Of a stretch of DNA of 64,000 nucleotides, positions 8,847 to 18,766 are shown piece after piece. The stretch covers positions 695 through 64,694 of the IMG/VR virus record IMGVR_UViG_3300035523_000133; one strand, 5' to 3'. The stretch comes from a virus. The translations under genes were made by a program, and so were the position numbers. The notes below the pieces were generated by a model, which had not been told where the DNA came from, ran no database searches, and worked only from the letters and a program-made list of their open reading frames with translations. Position 1 is the first letter of the stretch, and each line of letters opens with the position of its first letter.

Positions 8847-9424
8847 CACGCCACCCCATCATCAGCAAATGAGTTGTCCCATGTGAATGTCCATGCCTGG
8901 GCAGTCGTTTTGGCGTCCGCCGCGAACACCGACCGGGCATAGAGCGTACCGCTGTCCGTTGTCGCTGTGGCCGCTCCACCACACTCTCCGGCCTCTGTGT
9001 AGCTGTTGCCGTTGCCCGCAGTCGAAGGCAGGTAGTATTTGGCGTAGAGGTGACCGTTGGCTACCGCTGTGGACGTAAGGGTATCGCGATATAGCTCGGT
9101 CTGCAGCTTCACATCGCCGGCCGCGGCCGCCGTTGTCCCGGCACCCAGGGCGAAGTAGGTGATGCCCACCGCCACCGTGCCCCGGAGTAGGTCCCGAATC
9201 AGGTTTAACCCCGAAGTCGGGACCATGTTGTGCACCTGGTCCTCACCGAGCAGCCTCCCGAGCCGGTCCGGGGTAAACCCGTGATCCAGCAACCATCCGC
9301 GGAGTCGCGAAAACACCCACAGCTTACGAATGAGGTGCTGCCTCCACGTGGGGGGCAGCACCTCATAACGGCGTCTGGTAACGTTGACCGACACCAATAC
9401 CCCAGTGCGGGCCGCAATTTGCAT
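8846..9424 (-). CDS. Tail-collar/baseplate-like protein
   Basis: YFALGAGTTA...D..L.TE.YR...YLP...GN...TEAG...LYAR pattern of tail-collar fibre proteins. Confidence 0.6.
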   Translation of the reverse strand: MQIAARTGVLVSVNVTRRRYEVLPPTWRQHLIRKLWVFSRLRGWLLDHGFTPDRLGRLLGEDQVHNMVPTSGLNLIRDLLRGTVAVGITYFALGAGTTAAAAGDVKLQTELYRDTLTSTAVANGHLYAKYYLPSTAGNGNSYTEAGECGGAATATTDSGTLYARSVFAADAKTTAQAWTFTWDNSFADDGVA

Positions 9425-9439
9425 GAACTCCCTCCTCTC

Positions 9440-12400
9440 TCATGAGGCAACCTCGCCGAAGCCGGTCTGCATGGTCTCTGTGCGCGACTCCGGACCCGCC
9501 TTGGAGTAGGTCAGTGTGTCGCCGACAATGACGCCGTCCTTGAGGCTCTTGGCCTTCAAGAGCACCTCGTTGTCGCGAATTGAAAACGCCTGGCCATTGG
9601 CGACCAGACGTTTGTAAAACTGAATCCACGACCCGACCGCAGAACCATCCAGGGCTTTGATGGTGTAGCGGTACTGATTGGCCACCGACCCGCCGAAGTC
9701 CTGAAGCTCGACCTCTTGGATCAAAAACTGTCCACTGGCGCCCACCGCCGGAACTGTGATGGTTTGGAGTTGGCCCGCCTTTAGACCCACCACCTCCGTC
9801 TCATAGGACACATCGGCGTTCAGGCGGGCGTATCTGGTCAGTTCGGCAGTTGTGGCCTCCAGGGCCGCTGTGGCGCTATCCAGCCCGTCGTAATCGGTCG
9901 ATGCCTCATAAATCCCAGACGTGCCCTCGGCCGCGGCCCGTGTCGCTATCTCCGCGGGATTCTCCACTCGCACCCGAGTCGGGAACAGGCCCTGGTAGGT
10001 GACCGCAAGCGTGTCGGTGCTGATGAGAATTGTTCCGGCGTCGTCCTGGACAATTACCTGACTGCCTTTTTGCCAGTACCAATCTTTTCCGGTATCCAGT
10101 CCGAGAATGCCGACCGCTTTCGTTACTCCGTTGACCTTGACGGTCGGCACCGTCGCTAACGGGTAGTTCATGGTGAAAGCTCGGGTCTTGCCGTCACCGG
10201 GGCGACTGTCTGTTCTGACACTGGTCACGTCTTGCACAGGCCGCCCATACTGCACGTTGCGGTAGTTCTCCGGGTGCTTGCGGACTTCGATGCTGCGGAT
10301 TCTCGAACTCGTGGTCACGTTCCACGGAGCCAAACTGGTGCTGCGGTCTGCGAAATCCAACGTCTTATCCGGATTGATGCGCCAGTAATACCCCGCTTGC
10401 TGGGCCAAATCGTCCAGGACCTTGCTGATCGAGACGTTGTAGTCGCCCACGTAGCGAGTGACCACCGGGCCATCCTGGATGACGCCTGCTGTCACTCCAT
10501 CTGCTGCCAGGTAGTTGGTGATGGCATACTGGACAATCTGCCCGCAGGTGAGCCCGTCGTGCGTTTCTGGGTACATCCGCCGATCTGCCAGCAGGTGATT
10601 GTCCACGCAGTTGAGATTTACCCAGTGTTCGGTGCGGTCTCCGTCCTCAACCATCAGTTTTGCTGTGGGGTCCCAGGCGAATCCAGCGAAGGCGACCACA
10701 TTTGCGAGATAGACCACCACGGCGTCCAACGAACCGGGGATGTAGAGGCCGGAAGTGACGCTCAACATCATCGCCGCCGTGCTGCGCTCGTTAAGTCGGT
10801 CGTCGACCCGTAGCGTGCGCTCTCGCAGGAGGTTGGTCCGGTCCACCCCGCCGATCATGAGGACAAAGCTGTTGATGGTGACGGTCAAACCGGAAAGTGT
10901 AGGCGTTGCAGTCGCCGCCGTGGTGCTCAGGATGATCTCAAACTGGATATACCTCAGCACGCAGCCGGAGATTTGACCGCCCGTGAACGCGCTCCACGCG
11001 TTCCACGCACCGCCGTTCGCTGAGTCCCGCCACCGACTGATGGTTACCGCAGTGCCCGCCGGGGCCGTTGTGGTAATGGCGGCCGAGATGGTCGGACGGC
11101 GCGGACCCGCCAGATCAAGGGCCCTGGTCGTTATCGTCGCCTGGCTCGGGTAGTCCGATACCAGGTTGCCATCGAAGGGGCAGAGGGCCAACGTGGATGC
11201 ATCCGCCGTCAGGGGCGACGTAGCCGTCGCATGAGCAGCTATCTCTGCATCACTACGGGCTATGTTGGAGATGTGGAGTTCGTCGAAGGTGGTGTTGAGG
11301 TATCCATTGACGGCCCCGCCGCCGACATACAGTGACGTAGCGAATGCTGCAGGCATGTGGGGCGTGTTCTGCGTTATCTTCAATGCTCCGTCAATGTAGG
11401 CTTTCACCGTAGAACCGTTCCAGGAAACGGCGAAGTGGTGCCATCCGTCTGGCGTAACGGAATCGGGCGTATAGCTTGCTGCTGCAGTTGTACCGTCGTA
11501 TGTCATCAGTTCCCAGTTGGCGGACGTTGCGTGTAGGAGAGAGAAGTACGAACCGGACGCCTGTCCCCTAACGCACCAGAGTTCGGAGTAGTTAGTGGTG
11601 CGCCTCGCCATCGCATTGACGTAAGCCCACATCTCTACCGTCCCCTGTGTAGGGGATAGACCAGTAGTGGGAATGGTCGCTGTTTCGTTGGCGCGGGTGG
11701 TGTCGGTCCAGGATGTCGCATACGTCTTTGGCTCAACCTGCACCAAATCGACATAACCCATGATGCCGTTGGCGAGGTACAGCAGGGCCTTAAAATACCA
11801 TGTCCCGGTCTCGGTCGCTATTACCGAGAACGACACCCTGGTGTAGCCGTTTGCCTGACCATAGGAATGTTGGACCGCGAGATTGTCACCGCTTGCGCTC
11901 TCAAGCGCCAAAATCAAAGCGCCACCGCTGGCTGTGGTGTTCTGATAGGCGACAGTCACCGTGTAGGTCGCGCTGTTTGTAACGGCTACTGCTTGTTTCA
12001 GCGTCTGCGAATATGTGGTGGCACCACTGCTGTTCGTCGCCTTTGCGGCGTTGGTACTCATGTAGCCGCCAGACCCCGCCGCCCACACGAGGGCACCATA
12101 GAAGTTTCCTTGCGTCCAACCGGTTAACCCGTTCTCGAAACTGCCGTTGGTTACCAGGGTAGTCGTGCCCTCTTCGATGAAGAGTCCCTGTCCCGTTCCA
12201 CCGGGGCGCCAGTCGGTGAGACCGCCCTCCTCGACTTGCCAGCCATCCGTCCAGAAAGTGATAGCCTGGGCCGGGGTATCCGTATTGGGGATGAAGTTGA
12301 TCGTTCCACCGACAGCGTCGGCAGTAACCTGCAACGAGTACCGTGTCCATGCCGGTCCTAGCGTGATCAGGGGGCCTGTCACGCCACCAGCGCCAACGCT

Positions 12401-12868
12401 CGTCGCCCCATTCAGCGTGATCTTAAGCGTGCCAGTGCCCGTGAGGTATAGACTTGCCCTGTAAGTTCGCCCTGGTTCGGCGTTGAAGGACACTCGCGTC
12501 CCTTGATACGCTGCAGCGCCATCGCAAACCACCTTCAGGCTGGCGCTTCCATGCCACGCTTTGCTAGAGTCACGCGTCAGGGTGGTAACCCCGCCGCCAT
12601 TCGTTACGAAACCAGAGATGTCCGTCTCCACGTCGGCCTGATTCGCGGTGAGCAGGTTCTGGTACCGCCCGTTTGGATACCGCGGCGCGCCCGCTGCTAC
12701 CTGTACCCCCGTCTCCGGGTGGTAGGCTACAGAGGCGCGCGTAAACGCCGGTGTAGGCCGGTAGAGTTGCACAGCACCGGGGGTAGACACCGCATCGGCT
12801 TGTGGGGGGAGGGCACCTGCCTGCCAGTCGGCTTGCGAATTGATGACTCGTTGTGCCGGGGTCGTCAC
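9440..12868 (-). CDS. Large tail-tip protein: two CBM-like domains + LamG/ConA-like domain + C-terminal hub-like region
   Basis: NLLT...VE, NGSFENG CBM starts; GTVEMW...WHHFAVSW...YIDG...DELHISNIARS LamG; GTGA coupling to TMP. Confidence 0.75.
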   Translation of the reverse strand: MTTPAQRVINSQADWQAGALPPQADAVSTPGAVQLYRPTPAFTRASVAYHPETGVQVAAGAPRYPNGRYQNLLTANQADVETDISGFVTNGGGVTTLTRDSSKAWHGSASLKVVCDGAAAYQGTRVSFNAEPGRTYRASLYLTGTGTLKITLNGATSVGAGGVTGPLITLGPAWTRYSLQVTADAVGGTINFIPNTDTPAQAITFWTDGWQVEEGGLTDWRPGGTGQGLFIEEGTTTLVTNGSFENGLTGWTQGNFYGALVWAAGSGGYMSTNAAKATNSSGATTYSQTLKQAVAVTNSATYTVTVAYQNTTASGGALILALESASGDNLAVQHSYGQANGYTRVSFSVIATETGTWYFKALLYLANGIMGYVDLVQVEPKTYATSWTDTTRANETATIPTTGLSPTQGTVEMWAYVNAMARRTTNYSELWCVRGQASGSYFSLLHATSANWELMTYDGTTAAASYTPDSVTPDGWHHFAVSWNGSTVKAYIDGALKITQNTPHMPAAFATSLYVGGGAVNGYLNTTFDELHISNIARSDAEIAAHATATSPLTADASTLALCPFDGNLVSDYPSQATITTRALDLAGPRRPTISAAITTTAPAGTAVTISRWRDSANGGAWNAWSAFTGGQISGCVLRYIQFEIILSTTAATATPTLSGLTVTINSFVLMIGGVDRTNLLRERTLRVDDRLNERSTAAMMLSVTSGLYIPGSLDAVVVYLANVVAFAGFAWDPTAKLMVEDGDRTEHWVNLNCVDNHLLADRRMYPETHDGLTCGQIVQYAITNYLAADGVTAGVIQDGPVVTRYVGDYNVSISKVLDDLAQQAGYYWRINPDKTLDFADRSTSLAPWNVTTSSRIRSIEVRKHPENYRNVQYGRPVQDVTSVRTDSRPGDGKTRAFTMNYPLATVPTVKVNGVTKAVGILGLDTGKDWYWQKGSQVIVQDDAGTILISTDTLAVTYQGLFPTRVRVENPAEIATRAAAEGTSGIYEASTDYDGLDSATAALEATTAELTRYARLNADVSYETEVVGLKAGQLQTITVPAVGASGQFLIQEVELQDFGGSVANQYRYTIKALDGSAVGSWIQFYKRLVANGQAFSIRDNEVLLKAKSLKDGVIVGDTLTYSKAGPESRTETMQTGFGEVAS

Positions 12869-15800
12869 GTCCTCACCCCCAGTTTCATCAGTGCGCCGGG
12901 CTGGTGTCTGATCATGGATTCAGCCAGTACGCGGCCATCCAGAATCTGCTGGATGATCATCGGCGCGCCGGACGCGTTGGCACCGGTCGACGCGATAGCT
13001 GGAGACACATTCGGCCTTGGCATGGAATTGGCGACGGTAGCAGCAACGCGATGGGTAAAGGCGCTCATCCGTTCCCATAGGTCGGACAGGGGGATGATCC
13101 CCTCTCCCTGCGGGTCGGGTGAGTCACCCACAACGGCCAGGGTCGGCCGGGTGGCGATTGCACCGCTGGCGAGGTGAGGCAAGCTGTCCACGATGTTCTG
13201 GCGGGCCTGGTCGCGCGACAGGTCCGGGAATGCTTCGACCACCAAGTCTACGGCGTCCTCGATAGCGCCCATCTGGGCCAACTGTGCAGCCTGATCGAGT
13301 TTGCCGATTCCGGGCGTCAAGGGCGCGCCCACGGGCTGCGCAGTCACGGGCGTCGTCTGCGCTGCGGCTGTTGGGGAAGGCGCAGCAATCGGCGTAAACG
13401 GTGTTGTCGCCGACCCGCTGGTAGTCGCAGATGGGACCGGCAGCGAAGGTCCCGCAACTGGTGGCACCATAGCCGCCAACGAGGCAACACCGGCGTTCCA
13501 GTCGGCGATGAACCGCTGCTGCGCGGAATGCTTGTCCTCGAACGAGGTTTTCAGGTCTTCCAATTCTTGCTTGTACCGCGTCTTGCGGTCTTCCTGTGCC
13601 CGGTTCCAGGCTTCAAATTCATCGGCCTGGCGGTCCTGGAGTGCCTTCAGCGCGGCCTTTTGCTGGTCGTCGTAGGCTTTCAGTTGGTCGGCCTGTTCAC
13701 GTGCGAACCGCTTCTTGCGTTCGGCCTGCCGCTCCTCGAAGGCCGTCTTATCGTCTGCCAACCGCTGCTCATAACGCTTCTTGGCGTCTGCCCGCTTGCG
13801 ATCGAACCCGAGTTTTTCGGCTGCGATTTCGGCTTCTTCCCGCTGAAGGCGCCTCGCCTGGCGCCCTTCCCAACGAGTCTTCTCGTCCTCAAGTTCGCGC
13901 TGATAGGCCTGGAGAGCCGTCGTTTGGCTTTCCTCCACGCCCTTTTTCTGGGCGTCCTGCTTATCCTTGAGGGCCTGAAGGTCAAGGTCCTTCTGCGTCC
14001 GCAGGGCGTCCATCTGATCCTGAAGTTGCTCTAGTTGACCCTTACGCTTCAGATCGGTCTCAAACGCAACCTGGGCTTCAAGGGCGGTGCCAACCCGCTC
14101 CTGCGCATCGGCGATGGCCTGCAAATCGCCCTTTGCCAACGCCTTGCCCAGTTCTTCCTGCGCCTTATGAACGCTCTTGGCGAGCTCTTCGCGCCGCTTG
14201 GCGGTCTGCTCGATCTCCTGCTGGTCCTTAATGGCATCCTGCTGGCCCTTCAGGGCCGCGACCTTAGCGGCGTAGTCTTTATCGACCGCCGCCCGCTCTG
14301 CATCCTGGCGCTTGCGCAGGGCCTCCAGCTCATCCGACTGTCGATCCTTGAAGGCATTGAGCAGATCCTGCTGGTGCCGCTCGTATGCGGTTTTCTCGCG
14401 AGCCTGGGCCTCCTTGAATCGGTCCAACCGGTCCTGCAGCGCCTGCTCTTCGGCGCGTTTTGCGTCCTCCTGCCTGCGCTCGAAGGCGGTTAGTAGATCC
14501 TGCTGGTGGCGTTCGTAGGCGGTTTTTTCCTGGGACTGCCCTTGCTCGAAAGTGGCCAACTTGTCCTGCTGCGCCCGCTCAAAGGTGGTCCTGGCGGCCT
14601 CCTGGCCGTGTTCAAAAGCAGCTAGCTGGTCCTCCTGCCCGTGCTTGAATGCTTCGGTCTGGTCCTGAACCGAACGGTCAAAGTCGGTCGTGGCCTTGTC
14701 ATTCGCCCGCGAAAACGCCACATCGAACTCTTCAAGGTACTTTTTCTTGTCGGCGGTAGCGTCGGCCGCCGCTTGGGACTCGACATCCCTGGTCGCCTGG
14801 GCGTTTTGCTGGGCCCGTCGCAGCGCGATGCTGGAGATATCCCGGTCGTTAGAAATGGGCGCGTTGCCGCTTTGGGCGTGAAGCTTGTCCATGTTCGCTG
14901 CCGTGGTTTCGATCTGCTCGTTGATTTTCGCAAGCTGGTCCCGCAGGTGGGCGGCGCTCTTGACGGTCGACACGAACTTGCCGCCGGGCGACACGATGGC
15001 GTTCCCCCGCGCTTCGGCCTTGACGATTTCCTCCTGCAAACTCTGGCGTTGCTCCACCAGCGATTTCAGGGCGTCGCGGTTTTTCGCTAGTGCGGCCTCG
15101 TTGGCGGCCGCCACGTTTGCGCGGGCAGCGACCGTGTTTTCCCGCAGTTTGTCGGTGTCGAGTGACACAGCTTTTCCGTGGTCGTCCCACTTCTTCACCA
15201 GCCCCGGGAACGCGTCGCCAATCTCCTGGATGATCCGCTTCTGCTCTTCGCCCGCAGCCTTGCGTTCGGCTTCGGACTTACCGCTGTCGTTCATCGCCTG
15301 GGTGAGTTGACCGTACCGACTGGACAGTTCGACCAGTGACTGCGCCTGCTTGTGCTGCTCTTCCTGGGCCCTCTTCTGTGCGTTGATGAACGCCGCGACC
15401 GCAATCGTAGCGGCAGCCAGCCCGGCGACAATCAGGATGATGGGATTGGCGGCCAGGAAGGTCATGGCCTTCGCCAGCAGGGCCACCGCACCGCCCGCTT
15501 TTTCGGCCGCAGTGATGAGAGCGTTCAGACCAGGCACCAGTTTGGCGATTCCCCCAAGCAGAGCAGCGAAATTAATCTGGGTAATCGCTACTGCGACCAA
15601 ACCAATGGTCGTGGCCAGGACGCCAAGCTTGACAATGGGCTCGTCCCATGCCTTGGCGATGGTCCTTGCAATCGCAGCAAGCGCCACACCGGCCGCAATG
15701 AACGGCAGAAGGGGGACCGTTGCTCTTAGCGCGTGAAGCGCCATCTGGGCCAAAGCTGGGACCATGGCGCCCATGATGGCCCCGGCGAGCAGCGTGATGT

Positions 15801-16683
15801 TTCGGTGAAGGCTTTCGGGGATGATCGCGTTGATAGCCTCGCGGATGCCGCCACTCTTCAAATGAGTCGTGAACTCCTCAAGCAGGGCGTTCGCCTTTCC
15901 CAGAATGCCCTTCAGGTCAAACGCCTGGATCAGGTTGGCGCCGATGATGCGCCCGGTTGCGGCCAGCGAATCCTTGGTGTTGGACCACATGCCTTCCAGG
16001 CTATGGCTTTGGGCCTCCATCAAGCCGCCAAATTTCGCGTTCATGCCTGCCAGGATGGCCGGAATGGCGACCGCAGAGCTGATTGCACCTTCCTCGGCCT
16101 TTTTCATGGCGCCCGGGACCGTGGTCCCTATGGCGTCAGCAAGCATTTGCCATGCCGGAATGCCAGCCTTAGCAAGTTCGCGCATTTCCTCGGCGGAAAC
16201 TTTGCCCTTGGCGCGCATCTGGCCGAGCGAGTTGGTCACCCGGTCAATCATTTCAGCGCCGCCGCCCAGGCCGGCCACGGCATCGCCTAACGTGGTCATG
16301 ATAGGCATCACATCTTTGGCGGCGAAACCAACGGCCAAGAGATGCTTCGAGGCTACCAGCAGGTCATTGAACTGGAACGGGGTGCGGGCAGCGAACTCTT
16401 CCATTTGGCGCAGAAACGTGTCGGCTTTTTGCGCCGATCCGAGCAGAGTCGTAAACGCAATCCGGTTCTGCTCCATGTCGGCGGCCAATCCGATTGACGC
16501 AGCGCCCAAAGCGCCCATAGCCGCCCCAACCACCGAAAAGGCCGTTACTACGCTCCGCGAGGCCGCCATCGCATCGGTTCCAAGCGTTTTGGTCATGGCC
16601 CGCTCGACCTGAGCCATGCCTTTGTTGAAGTCTTTCAGGTCTGCACCGACTACGACGAGGAGTTCGGCTAAGGTCGTGGCCAT
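12865..16683 (-). CDS. Tape measure protein
   Basis: Tape_meas-type N-terminus (FTTLLGSA...TPF...GKVSAEEM), TM segment, long 11-residue-periodic coiled coil; start set at MATTL after SD. Confidence 0.92.
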   Translation of the reverse strand: MATTLAELLVVVGADLKDFNKGMAQVERAMTKTLGTDAMAASRSVVTAFSVVGAAMGALGAASIGLAADMEQNRIAFTTLLGSAQKADTFLRQMEEFAARTPFQFNDLLVASKHLLAVGFAAKDVMPIMTTLGDAVAGLGGGAEMIDRVTNSLGQMRAKGKVSAEEMRELAKAGIPAWQMLADAIGTTVPGAMKKAEEGAISSAVAIPAILAGMNAKFGGLMEAQSHSLEGMWSNTKDSLAATGRIIGANLIQAFDLKGILGKANALLEEFTTHLKSGGIREAINAIIPESLHRNITLLAGAIMGAMVPALAQMALHALRATVPLLPFIAAGVALAAIARTIAKAWDEPIVKLGVLATTIGLVAVAITQINFAALLGGIAKLVPGLNALITAAEKAGGAVALLAKAMTFLAANPIILIVAGLAAATIAVAAFINAQKRAQEEQHKQAQSLVELSSRYGQLTQAMNDSGKSEAERKAAGEEQKRIIQEIGDAFPGLVKKWDDHGKAVSLDTDKLRENTVAARANVAAANEAALAKNRDALKSLVEQRQSLQEEIVKAEARGNAIVSPGGKFVSTVKSAAHLRDQLAKINEQIETTAANMDKLHAQSGNAPISNDRDISSIALRRAQQNAQATRDVESQAAADATADKKKYLEEFDVAFSRANDKATTDFDRSVQDQTEAFKHGQEDQLAAFEHGQEAARTTFERAQQDKLATFEQGQSQEKTAYERHQQDLLTAFERRQEDAKRAEEQALQDRLDRFKEAQAREKTAYERHQQDLLNAFKDRQSDELEALRKRQDAERAAVDKDYAAKVAALKGQQDAIKDQQEIEQTAKRREELAKSVHKAQEELGKALAKGDLQAIADAQERVGTALEAQVAFETDLKRKGQLEQLQDQMDALRTQKDLDLQALKDKQDAQKKGVEESQTTALQAYQRELEDEKTRWEGRQARRLQREEAEIAAEKLGFDRKRADAKKRYEQRLADDKTAFEERQAERKKRFAREQADQLKAYDDQQKAALKALQDRQADEFEAWNRAQEDRKTRYKQELEDLKTSFEDKHSAQQRFIADWNAGVASLAAMVPPVAGPSLPVPSATTSGSATTPFTPIAAPSPTAAAQTTPVTAQPVGAPLTPGIGKLDQAAQLAQMGAIEDAVDLVVEAFPDLSRDQARQNIVDSLPHLASGAIATRPTLAVVGDSPDPQGEGIIPLSDLWERMSAFTHRVAATVANSMPRPNVSPAIASTGANASGAPMIIQQILDGRVLAESMIRHQPGALMKLGVRT

Positions 16684-16720
16684 GTGCGCCCCCCCTTCCC
16701 ATCTGCAATCCAACCGCTGT

Positions 16721-16755
16721 AAAAACGAAAACAACCCAGCAGAACAGCCAGGTTG
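16721..16755 (-). terminator. Strong intrinsic terminator about 37 nt upstream of TMP start
   Basis: CAACCTGGC-TGTTCT-GCTGGGTTG-TTTTCGTTTTT on - strand. Confidence 0.7.
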
Positions 16756-16832
16756 CCTAAAAGCATCGCGCAGGAATTTTCGGTTAAAGCTCGAACTGGA
16801 TTCGCTATGGATTTCGATATGGAGGGGTTGTA

Positions 16833-17639
16833 ATGTTCAGGTTGTCGCGCGTTTTCCTCTTGACGATCGGCATCTGCCTCGCGGCGGCTACCGCCGTGGC
16901 GGCTGGCCAGACCTATCAGGGCTTCGCTGTCGTAAACGTAGTCGTAAATGGGAAGCCACTGCAATCAGATGTGCCGGCAGTAATCTTTTACGGCCGCACC
17001 GTGTTGCCGTTACGGGCGGTGGCGGATGCGGCAGGCATGGATGTGGCGTGGGATACCGCGGCCAATACCGCTACCCTTACCAGCAAGGTTGTTAAGACAG
17101 ACAATACCGCAGGCCAACAGCTTGCTGATTTGAAGACCCAGGTCGACCAACTGCAATCGGACAACTCCGGGCTGCGGGCCCAGTTAGCGCAAGCCGCTAG
17201 CGGTCTCACCGCTGCCGAAGCAACACGACTCAAAGCCATGACCGAAGGGGACTTTGAAACATATCTGCAGCAGAACTTCGGGACTCTCGGCGGAAACAAG
17301 CTGGATTATGGGAGCCTGGAAGGCTATAACAACTACTATTTCACATGCCGGAATGACGAGACGTGCAGAAGCATCAGTGTCCACGACCGGCTGAACTGGC
17401 TGGACCGTTTCGCGACGGCTCTGACCGCCCGGCATGCGAACGCGCAATACAGTGGCAGCCTCTATTTTGACTATTCGTACCCGACGCTGACCTCTGTCCC
17501 TGATCGATATATTGGCGATGCGCACCTCCAAAGCGACCGCAAATGGCGCGTCCATCACTTTGTCATGGGCGTTTCACGCGTCGATCTTCAACAGTTCGGC
17601 GGCCTTCAGCCCGCCACCGTTTCAATGGGAGACGACTAG
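16833..17639 (+). CDS. Secreted protein with Cu-amine-oxidase-N domain (moron, antisense to tail operon)
   Basis: Signal peptide; VVVNGK...GRTVLPLRAVADAAGMDVAWD; coiled coil. Confidence 0.85.
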   Translation: MFRLSRVFLLTIGICLAAATAVAAGQTYQGFAVVNVVVNGKPLQSDVPAVIFYGRTVLPLRAVADAAGMDVAWDTAANTATLTSKVVKTDNTAGQQLADLKTQVDQLQSDNSGLRAQLAQAASGLTAAEATRLKAMTEGDFETYLQQNFGTLGGNKLDYGSLEGYNNYYFTCRNDETCRSISVHDRLNWLDRFATALTARHANAQYSGSLYFDYSYPTLTSVPDRYIGDAHLQSDRKWRVHHFVMGVSRVDLQQFGGLQPATVSMGDD

Positions 17640-17667
17640 CCGCCATCGCAATGTTTCCAGATTGGAG

Positions 17668-18036
17668 TTACCGTGCGCCGGCCCGCTTGGTCTTTCCAGT
17701 GACGGCCTCCAGCACCGCAGCCAGTTCTGGTTCCTTACCAGCGAGTGCGTTGAAGAACTTCACCAGGTCTCGGGAGAGCGGCGCCAGGTCCAGCAGACCC
17801 ACGATGCGGCCAACTTGATCCTCGGTCAACTCGGCGTCTTCCTGTTTCAGGCCGATCCAGAGGAAAGTTCGCAGGGCCTTCAGGTCGGGCTTCTTGTCGG
17901 GCACCAGTGCTTTGCCGAGGGCTTCGATTTCGACGCCGAAGGTTTCGCTCAGTTCGATCAAGGCGTTCAGGTTCAGGTCGATTCGCCGGGGTTTGTCCAG
18001 GTCTACCAGGATTACATTGCGTTCAGCATCGGCCAT
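17668..18036 (-). CDS. Tail assembly chaperone, gpG-like (stand-alone copy)
   Basis: VDLDKPRRIDLNLNAL...LRTFLWIGLKQED.ELT..QVG; SD before ATG 18036. Confidence 0.8.
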   Translation of the reverse strand: MADAERNVILVDLDKPRRIDLNLNALIELSETFGVEIEALGKALVPDKKPDLKALRTFLWIGLKQEDAELTEDQVGRIVGLLDLAPLSRDLVKFFNALAGKEPELAAVLEAVTGKTKRAGAR

Positions 18037-18068
18037 ATCTCTCGTTCCTCCCTTGATTTCAGGCACGC

Positions 18069-18095
18069 AAAAAGGCCGGTTAAGCACCGGCCTTT
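18069..18095 (-). terminator. Intrinsic terminator between the two chaperone genes
   Basis: AAAGGCCGGT-GCTTA-ACCGGCCTTTTT on - strand. Confidence 0.75.
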
Positions 18096-18102
18096 GTTGT
18101 CG

Positions 18103-18750
18103 TCATGAGTAAACCTCAACTATCTGTCCACCGCAGGCGGCATTGAGCATCTTCACGATCGAAATCTGGTCATCTACGGCTTGCGGTCTTTGCGCCCGCT
18201 TTGAGCTTTCAAGCGCAAAGAAATCGGTCGGCTTGGCCTCTACCCCAACCGAGGCCATGATTGTGGCGGCAAGCACACCGGCCCGGTAGTCGTCCGCCTC
18301 TCGCTCCTCGGTCCTGCGTTGGACTAGAGCGTCAAACTCGCGCGGGGTGGTGCGCCAAAACCCTTCCTCGGTGAGATGCAGTCCGACCCGGCCGGTTGCC
18401 CATAGGTCGTCCCAACTAACCAGAGCATCGCTCGCCCCGGCCTCGCCGTCCGCCTGCTCCGATTTTTGCGGCAGGGATTGGTTGCAAGCCCCATAGACGA
18501 GGCTGACGATTTTCTCCAGGCCGCTAGAGACCGCCAGAGCATAGACGGTGCCCCTGGCGATATCCGGCTGTTCATCGAGCAGGAGTGCCCAGAGCAGGGT
18601 TAGTACCCCGTCTGCGTCCAGAGCGGTCCACGTCTCCGGCAGCAACAGACTGCGACTCGTCACATCCTCAAAGGACCGCATGGCCCCGAAGGTCAGGATA
18701 AGCCTCCGGGGCCTGTCCAATTGCACCGTAGTCGTCGGGAACGGCCTCAC
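18103..18750 (-). CDS. Tail assembly chaperone, in-frame gpG-gpT fusion
   Basis: N-half resembles 17668-18036; C-half W..G..GL....FW..TPREF.AL...D.RAG.LAA typical of gpT-like segment. Confidence 0.75.
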   Translation of the reverse strand: MRPFPTTTVQLDRPRRLILTFGAMRSFEDVTSRSLLLPETWTALDADGVLTLLWALLLDEQPDIARGTVYALAVSSGLEKIVSLVYGACNQSLPQKSEQADGEAGASDALVSWDDLWATGRVGLHLTEEGFWRTTPREFDALVQRRTEEREADDYRAGVLAATIMASVGVEAKPTDFFALESSKRAQRPQAVDDQISIVKMLNAACGGQIVEVYS

Positions 18751-18766
18751 TGGTCACACCCCCAGG

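Noticed and set aside
13550-14720. Repetitive DNA in the TMP (e.g. two EKTAYERHQQDLL copies near 14370 and 14500)
   Set aside because: Ordinary 11-residue tape-measure periodicity; not a CRISPR or mobile repeat
18420-18480. Slippery site for G/T frameshift
   Set aside because: Only CAAAAAT, not an X XXY YYZ heptamer, and the T-like segment is already in frame
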